A DNA stretch of 32,000 nt from assembly GCF_001017655.1 (NCBI RefSeq), contig NZ_CP010904.1, positions 660,001-692,000 on the forward strand. Reading direction: 5' to 3'. Made by a program: the position numbers and the translations under genes. The DNA is from Kiritimatiella glycovorans (GTDB lineage Bacteria; Verrucomicrobiota; Kiritimatiellia; Kiritimatiellales; Kiritimatiellaceae). The notes under the pieces were generated by a model. The model did not search any database. It had not been told where the DNA came from and saw only the letters and a program-made list of their open reading frames with translations. Below are positions 19,234 through 28,284 of this stretch, piece after piece. The stretch's first letter is position 1. Each line of letters opens with the position of its first letter.

Positions 19234-19705
19234 ATTGCCCCGCGAATGTGAGCCGATTTTTTACAATAAAAAAACCGGAGGTCCAAGGCTTTTCGATCAG
19301 GTTTTGCCGAGCGGGGAGCCTTTCAATGCGGCGGGGTTCCCGGCCGATAAACAGGGTGCCCGTGTTACGGAAAGACCCTCTTTCGGGCACGGGACGGACG
19401 GGGGTCGAAAGTCACGGCGGGCCCCGGGACGCGGGAAGTGCGGTGCAATGCATTACTGATAAGAATTGATAAGAAATCGCTTTTCAGGCGGCGCGGTCAC
19501 CCGCCCGCTGGAACCGGTCTGAAGGAGCGTTTTCGTGTCGGGAAAGATAGCAAACCGAGCCAGGATCGGTCAAGTCGGTGCAGTCGGTGCAAAAACGGGC
19601 TGCGAACGCGATCAAGCCGTGGATGGAACAGCCTCGTGACGGCAAAACGGCCCGATGAAACGCATACGGCGGTGTTCGGGGACGCACCGCACCTGTCGCG
19701 ATGAC

Positions 19706-21151
19706 TCAGCCGTTCGCGTACATCATCACCGGTTCGGTGTCGTAATCCGGGAATGGGTCATCGAAACAGGGCTCGATGACCCGGTCGGCAACTTCAGGCG
19801 GCGCCCTCGCCGGTAGGACGCGCACACCCTGTTCCCAGAGGCCCAGGTGGCGGAGGATGCGCTCGATCACCGCCCGGTCGTCGATCAGAGAAACGATACG
19901 CATCTCTTTCTGGCATTTCGGACACAGCAGCGGATCGGCTTCCCAGACTTTCTTGATGAGTTCGCGCCATTTCGGTGACGGGATGCGTCGCGGCTTGTGG
20001 TCGGATACATCGATGATCTGCACGGCCTGGCCTGGCGCCTTTGCCTCTTCGGCGGCCTGTTTGTTGCGTTGGCCGCGCATCTTGTTGCTGTACCAGCCGT
20101 AGTAGCGGACAAGCTGGAAACTCTTGTCGGGGATGTGTTGTGTGATGGCCGCTATGAAGTCGCACGGGCTGAAGACCTCGAAGTTGCGCTGTATCTTCGG
20201 GTTGAGCCCGGAGCGGTAGATGATCGAGCCGTCTGCCTGTGCGTGTCCGCACGCAGACAGGTCTGGGTTGGATGGGTTGGGCTCGGCAACCTGCATCTTT
20301 TCGACGGCGAAAGGGTTGCGGATGATGTACTGGGCGAGGCGCTCCAGATCCTCTCGCTCGTCCGGCTGCACGCGTCGGCTGCGATGCACGTTGAACCCGG
20401 AATGTACCCAGCCGCGCAGCATGTTCGCCCGCTCGGGCGGCAGAAGCCCCTTGTCCACCAGAAACGTGATGACCCGAGCCCGGAACAATTCCTCCAGCGG
20501 CTTGAGGCTGACATCGGGCAGGACATAGAACAGGCCCGAGCGCACGAACAGGCCGTCGGCAACGAGTGCGTGCAGGTGCGGGTGGAAGTCCAGGTATTCG
20601 CCGAAGGTGTGGATCGCCATGACGATGCCGGGCAGGCCCTCGGTTAGATTGAGCGTGGTGCGCAGGTATTCGAGCAGGCACTCGTGGGCGATCCGGCACA
20701 GGTCTTTGAGCAGATCGCGGTCGTGGCGGAAGTAGATGCGCAACATCTTGGGCAGGGCGAAGGTGAAGTGCCGGTGGGGTACTGGGAACAGGATGGTCTC
20801 GGTGACAAGCGCGCCGAAGAGCTGGACTTTCTTCTGGCCTGCCTGCCGAAGCCGCTTCGGCGCAGGCAGGTGGCACGAGGGGCAGAACCAGCGCCCTTTG
20901 CAGGAGAAGGCGAGCAGGTATTCATGCTTGCAGTCGTCGCAGCGCACGCGGGCGAAGCCGCGCTCCAGGTCGCCGCAGTCGAGGAACTTGTTGACGACCT
21001 CCGGGATGATGGGGCGCAGGAAGCCGTACCGGGGCTGGTATTGTTCCTCGTATAGCTCCAGAAACGCGTCGAAATGCCCGGAAAGGCATTGCCACAGGGG
21101 CGATGCCTTGGGCCGGCGCGGACGATAGACTTGATCCACCATGCCGCCCAA
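19706..21151 (-). CDS. tnpA: IS91-family HUH (Y2) rolling-circle transposase, apparently intact
   Basis: N-terminal Zn-binding domain (FARVRCDDCKHEYLLAFSCKGRWFCPSCH), HUH motif (HTFGEYLDFHPHLHALVADG), Tyr motif (VRYYGWYSNKMRG) and C-terminal CPKC zinc knuckle. The element ends (oriIS/terIS) could not be identified. Confidence 0.85.
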   Translation of the reverse strand: MGGMVDQVYRPRRPKASPLWQCLSGHFDAFLELYEEQYQPRYGFLRPIIPEVVNKFLDCGDLERGFARVRCDDCKHEYLLAFSCKGRWFCPSCHLPAPKRLRQAGQKKVQLFGALVTETILFPVPHRHFTFALPKMLRIYFRHDRDLLKDLCRIAHECLLEYLRTTLNLTEGLPGIVMAIHTFGEYLDFHPHLHALVADGLFVRSGLFYVLPDVSLKPLEELFRARVITFLVDKGLLPPERANMLRGWVHSGFNVHRSRRVQPDEREDLERLAQYIIRNPFAVEKMQVAEPNPSNPDLSACGHAQADGSIIYRSGLNPKIQRNFEVFSPCDFIAAITQHIPDKSFQLVRYYGWYSNKMRGQRNKQAAEEAKAPGQAVQIIDVSDHKPRRIPSPKWRELIKKVWEADPLLCPKCQKEMRIVSLIDDRAVIERILRHLGLWEQGVRVLPARAPPEVADRVIEPCFDDPFPDYDTEPVMMYANG

Positions 21152-21207
21152 TGTATAAAAGAGGGTGTGTCATCTAACGGCATACCCCTGAAGAAAGTTT
21201 GAGAAAA

Positions 21208-22191
21208 ATGAAGGCAGGCTCCAGACCCCAGTATTACCGCATCCGGCGCATGGTCCAGATGGTGCGCGAGGGCGCAGAGACCGGCTATCTGCCGAACAGC
21301 AGCGACTTCATGAAGGAGTTCGAGGTGTCGCGCCGGACCGTGGCGCGGGATCTGGACTTCCTGCGCGACGAGGAGAACGCCCCGCTGGCCTACGACGAGG
21401 CCCGGCATGGTTTCCGGCTCACGGACGAAACCTACATGTTGCCACCGGTGCGGATCAGCCGCCGGGAGGCGTTCAGCTTCGCGCTTGCCCGCAAGCTCCT
21501 GGCCCATTACGAGGACACACCACTCCACCTGGACATGCGCTCGGTGCTGGATAAAATTGCCGAGTCGCTGGAGGGCGATGTGACCATCGAACCCGACTGG
21601 CTCAGTGAGCACGTCGGCGTCCTGCCCGAGGACCGGGTGCGGATCGATCCCGATGTATGGGCGAAGTTGGCTGGATGCGTGGAACGCTGCGAGGCGGTCC
21701 GGGCGACGTACCAGACCTTCGACGGGCGCGTATCCGAGTACGAACTGCACCCCTACCACCTGCTCGCCTACCATGGGAACTGGTACCTGATGGCGTGGAA
21801 CGCGGAGAAGGGGCGTGTGGCGACGTTCGCCCTGTCGCGGTTCCGGCGGATCGCGGCGACGGGACAGGGTTACACGCGAGCGGCCGAGTTCAGCCCCGAG
21901 ACATACGCCCGGCAGGCGTTCGGCATCGTGGGCGGCGAGAAGCCGATCAAGGTCCGGCTGCTTTTCGAGCCGAAACTGGCCGTGTACATCACCGAACGGC
22001 AGTGGCACCCCACCCAGGAGTTCCGAACGCGCCGGGACGGCCGTGTCGAGATGCGGCTGGAGACGACAGGACGCAAGGAACTGGTACGCTGGGTCCTGTC
22101 CTGGATGCCCGACGTGAAAGTGCTCGCCCCGAAGAGCCTGCGGGCTCGGATCGCGGAAAAGCTTCGGGATGGACTACGAGCACAGCAATGA
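21208..22191 (+). CDS. WYL-domain transcriptional regulator (wHTH-WYL-WCX architecture)
   Basis: N-terminal HTH (FMKEFEVSRRTVARDLDFLRDE) and WYL domain (YELHPYHLLAYHGNWYLMAWNAEKGRVATFALSRFRRI). The ATG at 21208 is preferred; the tracked ORF uses TTG at 21199. It is divergent from the IS91 tnpA with about 55 nt between the starts. Confidence 0.8.
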   Translation: MKAGSRPQYYRIRRMVQMVREGAETGYLPNSSDFMKEFEVSRRTVARDLDFLRDEENAPLAYDEARHGFRLTDETYMLPPVRISRREAFSFALARKLLAHYEDTPLHLDMRSVLDKIAESLEGDVTIEPDWLSEHVGVLPEDRVRIDPDVWAKLAGCVERCEAVRATYQTFDGRVSEYELHPYHLLAYHGNWYLMAWNAEKGRVATFALSRFRRIAATGQGYTRAAEFSPETYARQAFGIVGGEKPIKVRLLFEPKLAVYITERQWHPTQEFRTRRDGRVEMRLETTGRKELVRWVLSWMPDVKVLAPKSLRARIAEKLRDGLRAQQ

Positions 22192-22373
22192 AACAATAAG
22201 CGGTGGTCCCGATAGCGGAGCCAGTGTTTTCGAACTTTAAGTCAGCATCAGGGCTCCCGCTTCCTGCGAGTGTTCTGCCACAACTCCGGCGAGTAGTCCA
22301 TAGTCTGCGACCGTCGAGAATGGGTCATTGAACTCGTCGGAGACGGTCGCATGGCTGTGGGCAACTCGCCTCT

Positions 22374-22623
22374 TCATGCCGCTCTGCATTTTGACTCCGT
22401 CTCCATCCCGAAGTACGCCTCATCGGGCGTTCGATCCCCGATCGATGAGTGCGGACGTTCGGCATTGTAGCGCTCCAGCCACGCCCCCACGCCGCGCCCG
22501 GTTTCCCGGGGCGTTTCATAGCTTTTCAGATAAATATCCTCATACTTCAGGCTCCACCACAGCCGCTCGATGAACGCGTTGTCCACCCAGCGCCCTTTTC
22601 CATCCATGCTGATGTTCAGCCCC
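22374..22623 (-). pseudogene. C-terminal fragment of an IS3-family transposase (OrfB/rve domain)
   Basis: ISMDGKGRWVDNAFIERLWWSLKYEDIYLKSYETPRETGRGVGAWLERYNAERPHSSIGDRTPDEAY is the end of an rve integrase core. Homology stops abruptly near 22623, where the opposite-strand RCC1 reading frame begins. Confidence 0.75.
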
Positions 22624-22628
22624 TCATT

Positions 22629-23213
22629 TCCGCGACCAACACCCCGGTGGCGGTCAGCAATCTGACGGACGTGATCGCGATCGCGGCCTGCCGCGATCAG
22701 AGTTTTGCGGTTAGATCGAACGGGACGGTGTATGCGTGGGGCCGGGGGGACGAGGGCCGACTGGGACTCGGGACCAATGTCAGTGACCGCTCGTCGGCGA
22801 CCCTGATTCCCGGGCTGACCAATATCGTTTCCGTGGCCGCGGGAACGCGCCACGCCCTGGCGCTTCAAAACGACGGGACGCTGTGGGCCTGGGGCGCGAA
22901 CTCGGGAGGGCTTCTCTGCGCCGACTCGGAGGCCGATATCCTATCAAGCCCCGTGCTCGCACTCTTTCTCGCCGACACCGATTTTGATGATTTGCCCGAT
23001 TACTGGGAGCGGGTGTACTACGGGGGCGTAGCGAGCGTCACAGGGGAATCAGATAGCGACGTTGATTTTATGAGTGCCCGGCAGGAGTACGCGTGGGGTT
23101 CGTGCCCCACCAATGCGGACAGCAACGCCGACGGATTATTTGACTACTTTGCATGGGACCTGGGATTGGATCCGCTTAAAGTGGTCACGACGAACGCGGA
23201 TGCCGATGCATGA
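22629..23213 (+). pseudogene. Internal fragment of an RCC1-repeat protein with thrombospondin-type-3-like D-rich motifs
   Basis: RCC1 signatures (GTVYAWGRGDEGRLGLG, GTLWAWGANSGG) are followed by DTDFDDLPDYWE and NADSNADGLFDY motifs. There is no start, no signal peptide and no natural C-terminus. The frame ends where IS30 homology begins. Confidence 0.65.
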
Positions 23214-23460
23214 ACGCATGGCGACGAAGACCGGCATGGACATCTTCTTCGCACATCCCTATCACTCCTGGGAACGAGGAACCAATGAGAACACCAACGG
23301 CCTGATTCGCAGGCTGCACCCCAAGAAGGTCTCTTTCCGGGGAATCGGTACAGCGGCACTGAAGCGCATCGACACATTCCTCAACGACCGTCCTCGAAAG
23401 TGTCTGGGATGGATGACGCCAAGGGAGAAGATGGCCGCCTTCCTTGCTTCCGCCCCGTGA
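23209..23460 (+). pseudogene. C-terminal fragment of an IS30-family transposase
   Basis: DIFFAHPYHSWERGTNENTNGLIRRLHPKK...LNDRPRKCLGWMTPREK matches the conserved end of the IS30 DDE domain. The N-terminal ~250 codons are missing. Confidence 0.75.
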
Positions 23461-23483
23461 AGAGCGGGGCTTGATCAAAACTC

Positions 23484-23564
23484 TTCCGCCGTGGGGCGCG
23501 GTTCTGCCCTTGCCCCTTCGGGGCACCCCTACGGGGCCGGGCAGAACCGCGCCCCACGGCGGAA
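23484..23564. repeat. 81-nt element: perfect 26-bp inverted repeat with a 29-nt structured spacer
   Basis: TTCCGCCGTGGGGCGCGGTTCTGCCC (23484-23509) is the exact reverse complement of 23539-23564. The spacer contains GCCCC-TTCG-GGGGC and CCCC-TAC-GGGG mini-hairpins. The element starts 24 nt after the IS30 fragment stop. Confidence 0.85.
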
Positions 23565-23761
23565 CTGTGCCCCTATGCTCCGGTTCAGCTTGCCCTCCGC
23601 CTCCCAGCACGGCAATCTCCTCCTCAATCAGCAACACGAAGACGCCTTGTGCGTTGACCAGCCCCTGCTGTTGCGTTGGCTACTGGCTGTCGGGTATGAC
23701 CAGATCCCGCCGGCCAGTGGCCAGTGTAACACTGGCTACTGGCTGGCGGGGGTGGTTTAAA

Positions 23762-24682
23762 TCAATTCTGGACAGGTTCGTCAGAAGTGGCAGGCGCCGC
23801 GCTGAACCTGCGCAGTCCGGCGCGGAAGGCGGCGTCGATCCAGCACGCCGGCAGCAGGCGCTGGGCGGCTTCGCCGAGGAGCGCGGGGATCGTCACCCGG
23901 TAGCGGATGCGGGGGTGCGGTGATTCGAGGGCGTGGACGATCTTCCGCGCGACGGCCTCCGGCGGGAGGGCGAAGCGGGCCGCGGTGCGCGGCGCGCGGT
24001 CGGCGTGCTCGAACTTCTCGTACAGAGGCAGAAACGGTGAGTGCGGAGTCCGCAGGGTCGCGGAACCGCGGCGGCGGGCGGAGGCGTGAAATTCCGTGTA
24101 GATCGGACCCGGCTCGATCAACGAGACTGCGACGCCCGAGTCGTGGAGTTCCACACGTTGTGCGTCCGCGAGGGATTCGAGCGCGAATTTTGACGCCGAA
24201 TACGCGCCGTTGAGCGGCATCGAAAGGCGTCCCAGCATAGAGCTTACGTGTACAATACGCCCGCAGCCCCGTTTGCGGAACGAGGGAACAAACCCGTTGG
24301 CGAGCTGCTGCAGGCCGAAGACATTCACCTCGAACTGTCGCCGGAGGAGTTCGCGATTGAGGTCCTCAATCGCGCCCGGCTGGCCGTAGCCGGCGTTGTT
24401 GACCAGCGCCCCCGGCAGCCTGCCGTCGTGCTGAAGCTGATTGAGAAGCCCCGAAACGGAATCTTCGTCCGCCAGTTCAATCTTCCGCGGTGAGAATCCC
24501 TCCTCGCGAAGCGACGCGAGATCTTCTTCCTTCCGTGCCGTCGGCAGAACCTCCCATCCGCGGGTCTTCAGCATCCGTGCCGCCGCGCGACCGATCCCGC
24601 TCGAGCATCCGGTAATGAGTACGCTTTTAAATTCAACCGGCGCCGCCTTCACATTCCCGCTCCCGTTTTGATTCGATCCCAT
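23762..24682 (-). CDS. Short-chain dehydrogenase/reductase (classical SDR)
   Basis: Cofactor motif ITGCSSGIGRAAA and catalytic YSASKFALE. Confidence 0.85.
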   Translation of the reverse strand: MGSNQNGSGNVKAAPVEFKSVLITGCSSGIGRAAARMLKTRGWEVLPTARKEEDLASLREEGFSPRKIELADEDSVSGLLNQLQHDGRLPGALVNNAGYGQPGAIEDLNRELLRRQFEVNVFGLQQLANGFVPSFRKRGCGRIVHVSSMLGRLSMPLNGAYSASKFALESLADAQRVELHDSGVAVSLIEPGPIYTEFHASARRRGSATLRTPHSPFLPLYEKFEHADRAPRTAARFALPPEAVARKIVHALESPHPRIRYRVTIPALLGEAAQRLLPACWIDAAFRAGLRRFSAAPATSDEPVQN

Positions 24683-24961
24683 CCTACCGTTTGCGACCGC
24701 CCAAGGGAACCGGAGAGAGTGGGAGACCGGCAGGGATGAGAAGCCTGGATCCCGGAACCAACCGGAAGAGGGGCAAAGGGTTTGCGGGATAAGAAATCGC
24801 CGCCGAACTCGACCTCGCCATGCCCCCCGGAATTTCGCGCGGGATTTCCCGCCAGCCGTTCACCCCACCCACCCCCCTGAACTCCTGAGCAGAGGATGCG
24901 GGGTGGACGAGCGGGCCCGTAAAGGGTACAAAGAACGCTTTGAATCCGGGGAGAAGTTGTC

Positions 24962-25720
24962 GTGCTGGCGAAGCGTATCATACCATGTCTGGATGTGACG
25001 GGCGGGCGGGTCGTGAAAGGGGTCCGGTTCGTGGACCTCCGCGATGCGGGCGATCCGGTGGAATGCGCGCGTGCCTACGAGCAGCAGGGCGCGGACGAGC
25101 TGACGTTCCTGGACATCACGGCGTCGAGCGATCACCGCGAAATCATGGAGGAGGTCGTGCGCCGCGTGGCGCGCGAGGTCTTCATGCCGCTGACCGTCGG
25201 AGGCGGCATGCGTTCGGAGGACGATGTGCGCCGGATGCTGCACGCCGGAGCGGATAAGGTCTCGTTCAACACCGCGGCGGTAGAATCGCCGGCGCTGATC
25301 GACCGCGCGGCGGAGAGGTTCGGCTCGCAGTGTACCGTGCTCGCCATCGACGCCCGCCGTGACGGCGAGGGCGGGTGGACGGTCTATACCCACGGCGGGC
25401 GTACCCCCGCGGAACGCGAGGCCGTGGCGTGGGCCCGCGAAGGCGTGGAGCGGGGCGCAGGGGAAATTCTGCTGACCAGCATGGACGCCGACGGGACGAA
25501 GGACGGGTACGACCTGGACCTGACCCGGGCCGTGGCCGAAGCCGTCGATGCTCCCGTCATCGCATCCGGCGGTGCGGGCACCCTGCAGCATATGGTCGAC
25601 GCCGTCACGTACGGCGCGGCCGATGCCGTGCTCGCGGCCTCGATCTTCCACTTCGGGACGTTCACGATAAAAGAGGTGAAGGAGTATATGCGCGGGGAAG
25701 GGGTTGAAGTCAGGATATGA
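24962..25720 (+). CDS. hisF: Imidazole glycerol phosphate synthase, cyclase subunit
   Basis: [23 protein letters not shown]...; a full-length (252 aa) HisF barrel. GTG start with GGGGAGAAG upstream. Confidence 0.95.
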   Translation: MLAKRIIPCLDVTGGRVVKGVRFVDLRDAGDPVECARAYEQQGADELTFLDITASSDHREIMEEVVRRVAREVFMPLTVGGGMRSEDDVRRMLHAGADKVSFNTAAVESPALIDRAAERFGSQCTVLAIDARRDGEGGWTVYTHGGRTPAEREAVAWAREGVERGAGEILLTSMDADGTKDGYDLDLTRAVAEAVDAPVIASGGAGTLQHMVDAVTYGAADAVLAASIFHFGTFTIKEVKEYMRGEGVEVRI

Positions 25721-25768
25721 ACCTTTTTAACCATGAAGACCGGAAGCGAAAGAGGAAGGGAACGGGGT

Positions 25769-26182
25769 ATGAGCAAAGAGCTTGAAGAGGGACAGGACCT
25801 GCAGCTCGACTGGACGAAACTGGAAAAAGTGGCGGCGCAGGCGCCCGGCGTGATTCCCTGCGCGGTGCAGAACGTCGATACGAAGGAGGTCATCCTCGTC
25901 GCCTACGTGAATAAACAGGCCCTGCGGGAATCCATGCGCCGCGGCGTGGCGGTGTTCTGGAGCACCTCCCGGCAGGAGTTGTGGGTCAAGGGCGAGACCA
26001 GCGGAGCGGTGTTCGACCTGCTCGAGGTGCGGGTGAACTGCGAGCAGAATTCGCTGCTGTACCTCGTCCGTCCGCGTAAAGGCGGCATCTGCCACACGAA
26101 GAATGCGCAGGGCGAGCCCCGCAACTGCTATTACCGCCGTATCGACTTCGGGGCCGGCGCGCTCGAGAACCTCGATCCCTGA
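25769..26182 (+). CDS. hisI: Phosphoribosyl-AMP cyclohydrolase (monofunctional, no HisE domain)
   Basis: IPCAVQNVDTKEVILVAYVNKQALRESM...FWSTSRQELWVKGETSG...VNCEQNSLLYLV...GGICHT. The start is ambiguous: the tracked ATG at 25733 has no RBS, and the internal ATG at 25769 is preferred. Confidence 0.85.
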   Translation: MSKELEEGQDLQLDWTKLEKVAAQAPGVIPCAVQNVDTKEVILVAYVNKQALRESMRRGVAVFWSTSRQELWVKGETSGAVFDLLEVRVNCEQNSLLYLVRPRKGGICHTKNAQGEPRNCYYRRIDFGAGALENLDP

Positions 26183-26191
26183 GGAGGGTCC

Positions 26192-27721
26192 ATGACGGTC
26201 ATGCCGGACAAGGCGAGCTTTATGGAACGGGCTGCGGACGGGAACCTGATCCCCGTCTGGCGGGAGTATCTCCCCGATCCCGAAACCCCGGTCTCCGCGT
26301 ACGCCCGCGTGCGGACGGCGCTGCGCGAATCCGGCCGCGCCACCCACACGTTCCTGCTCGAGAGCGTGGAGGGCGGCGAACGGATCGGACGCTATTCGTT
26401 TATCGGCGGACGTCCGCGCGCGATCGTCCGCGCCCGGGGCGACCGGGTCGAAATCGAGGAGCGCGGGGGGGAGACGAAGGTCGCGGAGGGCGTGGAGCCG
26501 CTCGAGGCCCTGCGCAGCTACATGGAGCGCTTCCGGCCGGTCGAGGCGGACGCCGACCTGCCGCCGTTCATCGGAGGCGCGGTGGGCTTTCTCGGGTACG
26601 ACTGCGTGCACCAGTTCGAGCCCCGCGTGCCCGTCTGCGACCGGGACCCGCTGCACGCCCCTGATATGGTCTTCCTCGTCACCGATGCGATCGTCGTGTT
26701 CGACCGGGTGCAGCACAGGCTGAAGATCGTCGCCAACGCGTTCATCGACGGCGATCCCGAATCCGCCTACGATGCGGCGGTCCGGGAGATCGACTTCCTG
26801 GCCGACGCGCTCCGCCGTCCCGTCGAACGGATGCTGGTGGACGGACACGAGCCGGTCGATCCGCCGGAACCGTCGTCGAATATGACCCGGGAGCAGTACG
26901 AGCAGGCGGTGGAAAAGGCGAAGGAGTATATCCGGGCGGGCGACATCATCCAGACCGTGCTGTCCCAGCGATTCGAGGTGGGCCACGAGGGCGATTCGCT
27001 CGATGTCTACCGCGCCCTGCGCTCGATCAACCCCTCGCCGTACATGTTCCTGCTGGACATGGAGGACAGCTCGCTGGTGGGGTCCTCGCCCGAGATCCAC
27101 GTGCGCTGCGAAGAGGGCGAGGTCGAGGTGCGCCCGATCGCCGGCACGCGGCCCCGGCACCTCGATGCGGTCGAGGACCGGCGGCTGGAGGCCGAGCTGC
27201 TGGCCGACCCGAAGGAGCGCGCCGAGCACATCATGCTGGTCGACCTCGCGCGCAACGATATCGGCCGCGTTTGCCGCGCGGGCAGCGTGCAGGTTCCCGA
27301 CCTGATGACGATCGAACGCTACAGCCACGTGATGCACATCGTCTCGGACGTCACCGGAACCCTCGCCCCGGGGTATGACGGCTACGATTTGCTCCGGGCC
27401 ACGTTTCCCGCGGGGACGGTCAGCGGAGCGCCGAAGATCCGGGCCATGGAGATCATCGCCGAACTCGAACGGATGAAACGCGGCCCCTACGCCGGCGCGG
27501 TGGGCTACATCAGCTTTGACGGCAACCTCGATACCTGCATCACGATCCGCACGATCATCCTCGACGGAGGCAAGGCCTACGTGCAGGCGGGCGCGGGAAT
27601 CGTCGCCGATTCCGTGCCCGCGAACGAGTACGAGGAAACGCGCAACAAGGCGCGGGGTATGCTCACGGCGCTGGCGCTCGCCGGACGCTTCCGCGAAGCG
27701 CGCGGGGAGGTGTCGCCATGA
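26192..27721 (+). CDS. trpE: Anthranilate synthase component I
   Basis: 509 aa with chorismate-binding signatures ([38 protein letters not shown]). GGAGGG RBS. Confidence 0.9.
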   Translation: MTVMPDKASFMERAADGNLIPVWREYLPDPETPVSAYARVRTALRESGRATHTFLLESVEGGERIGRYSFIGGRPRAIVRARGDRVEIEERGGETKVAEGVEPLEALRSYMERFRPVEADADLPPFIGGAVGFLGYDCVHQFEPRVPVCDRDPLHAPDMVFLVTDAIVVFDRVQHRLKIVANAFIDGDPESAYDAAVREIDFLADALRRPVERMLVDGHEPVDPPEPSSNMTREQYEQAVEKAKEYIRAGDIIQTVLSQRFEVGHEGDSLDVYRALRSINPSPYMFLLDMEDSSLVGSSPEIHVRCEEGEVEVRPIAGTRPRHLDAVEDRRLEAELLADPKERAEHIMLVDLARNDIGRVCRAGSVQVPDLMTIERYSHVMHIVSDVTGTLAPGYDGYDLLRATFPAGTVSGAPKIRAMEIIAELERMKRGPYAGAVGYISFDGNLDTCITIRTIILDGGKAYVQAGAGIVADSVPANEYEETRNKARGMLTALALAGRFREARGEVSP

Positions 27722-28284
27722 TCCTGGTGATCGATAACTACGATTCGTTTACGTACAACATCGTCCAGCAGCTCGGGGAGCTGGGCGTCGAGACGGAAGT
27801 GCATCGCAACGACGAGATCACGGTCGATCAGGTCAGGGCGCGGCGCCCCGAACGCATCGTGATCAGCCCCGGTCCCGGCGGCCCGCCGGATGCGGGCGTC
27901 TCGTGCGAGGTGATCCGCGCCCTGGGTCCGGAGATCCCCGTTTTCGGCTGCTGTCTCGGTCACCAGTGTATCGGCGCGGTCTACGGCGCGCGCATCGTCC
28001 GCGCGGCCCGGCTGATGCACGGAAAGACGTCGCCGGTCCACCACGACGGACGGGGCGTGTTCCGCGATCTGCCCGATCCCTTCGAGGCCACGCGGTATCA
28101 CTCGCTCATCATCGACCGGGATTCGCTGCCCGGGGATCTGACCCTCACGGCGTGGACGGAGGAGGACGAGATCATGGGGGTGCGCCATGCGGAGCACCCC
28201 GTGGAGGGCGTCCAGTTCCATCCCGAATCGATCCTGACGGTCGAGGGCCGGAGACTGCTCGAAAACTTTCTGGCCCGCGGATGA
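27718..28284 (+). CDS. trpG: Anthranilate synthase component II / aminodeoxychorismate synthase glutamine amidotransferase
   Basis: Class-I GATase triad context ([15 protein letters not shown]). ATGA overlap with the trpE stop. Confidence 0.9.
   Translation: MILVIDNYDSFTYNIVQQLGELGVETEVHRNDEITVDQVRARRPERIVISPGPGGPPDAGVSCEVIRALGPEIPVFGCCLGHQCIGAVYGARIVRAARLMHGKTSPVHHDGRGVFRDLPDPFEATRYHSLIIDRDSLPGDLTLTAWTEEDEIMGVRHAEHPVEGVQFHPESILTVEGRRLLENFLARG

Noticed and set aside
19234-19705. IS91 oriIS end and GAAC/CAAG target site downstream of tnpA
   Set aside because: Several GAAC/CAAG tetranucleotides occur (e.g. GGAACC at about 19510, TCAAGT at about 19570, TCAAGC at about 19611), but I could not tie any to a recognisable conserved end sequence. 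The boundaries are left undefined rather than guessed.
20644-22008. 454-aa minus-strand ORF spanning the IS91 5' part and the WYL gene
   Set aside because: It overlaps two well-supported genes, out of frame with tnpA and antisense to the WYL gene, and has no recognisable domain.
22237-22377. 46-aa ORF (MKRRVAHSHATVSDEFNDPF...) whose ATG overlaps the IS3 fragment stop (ATGA)
   Set aside because: It has no recognisable family and no RBS. It lies where the IS3 right end is expected, so it is most likely non-coding IS terminal sequence.
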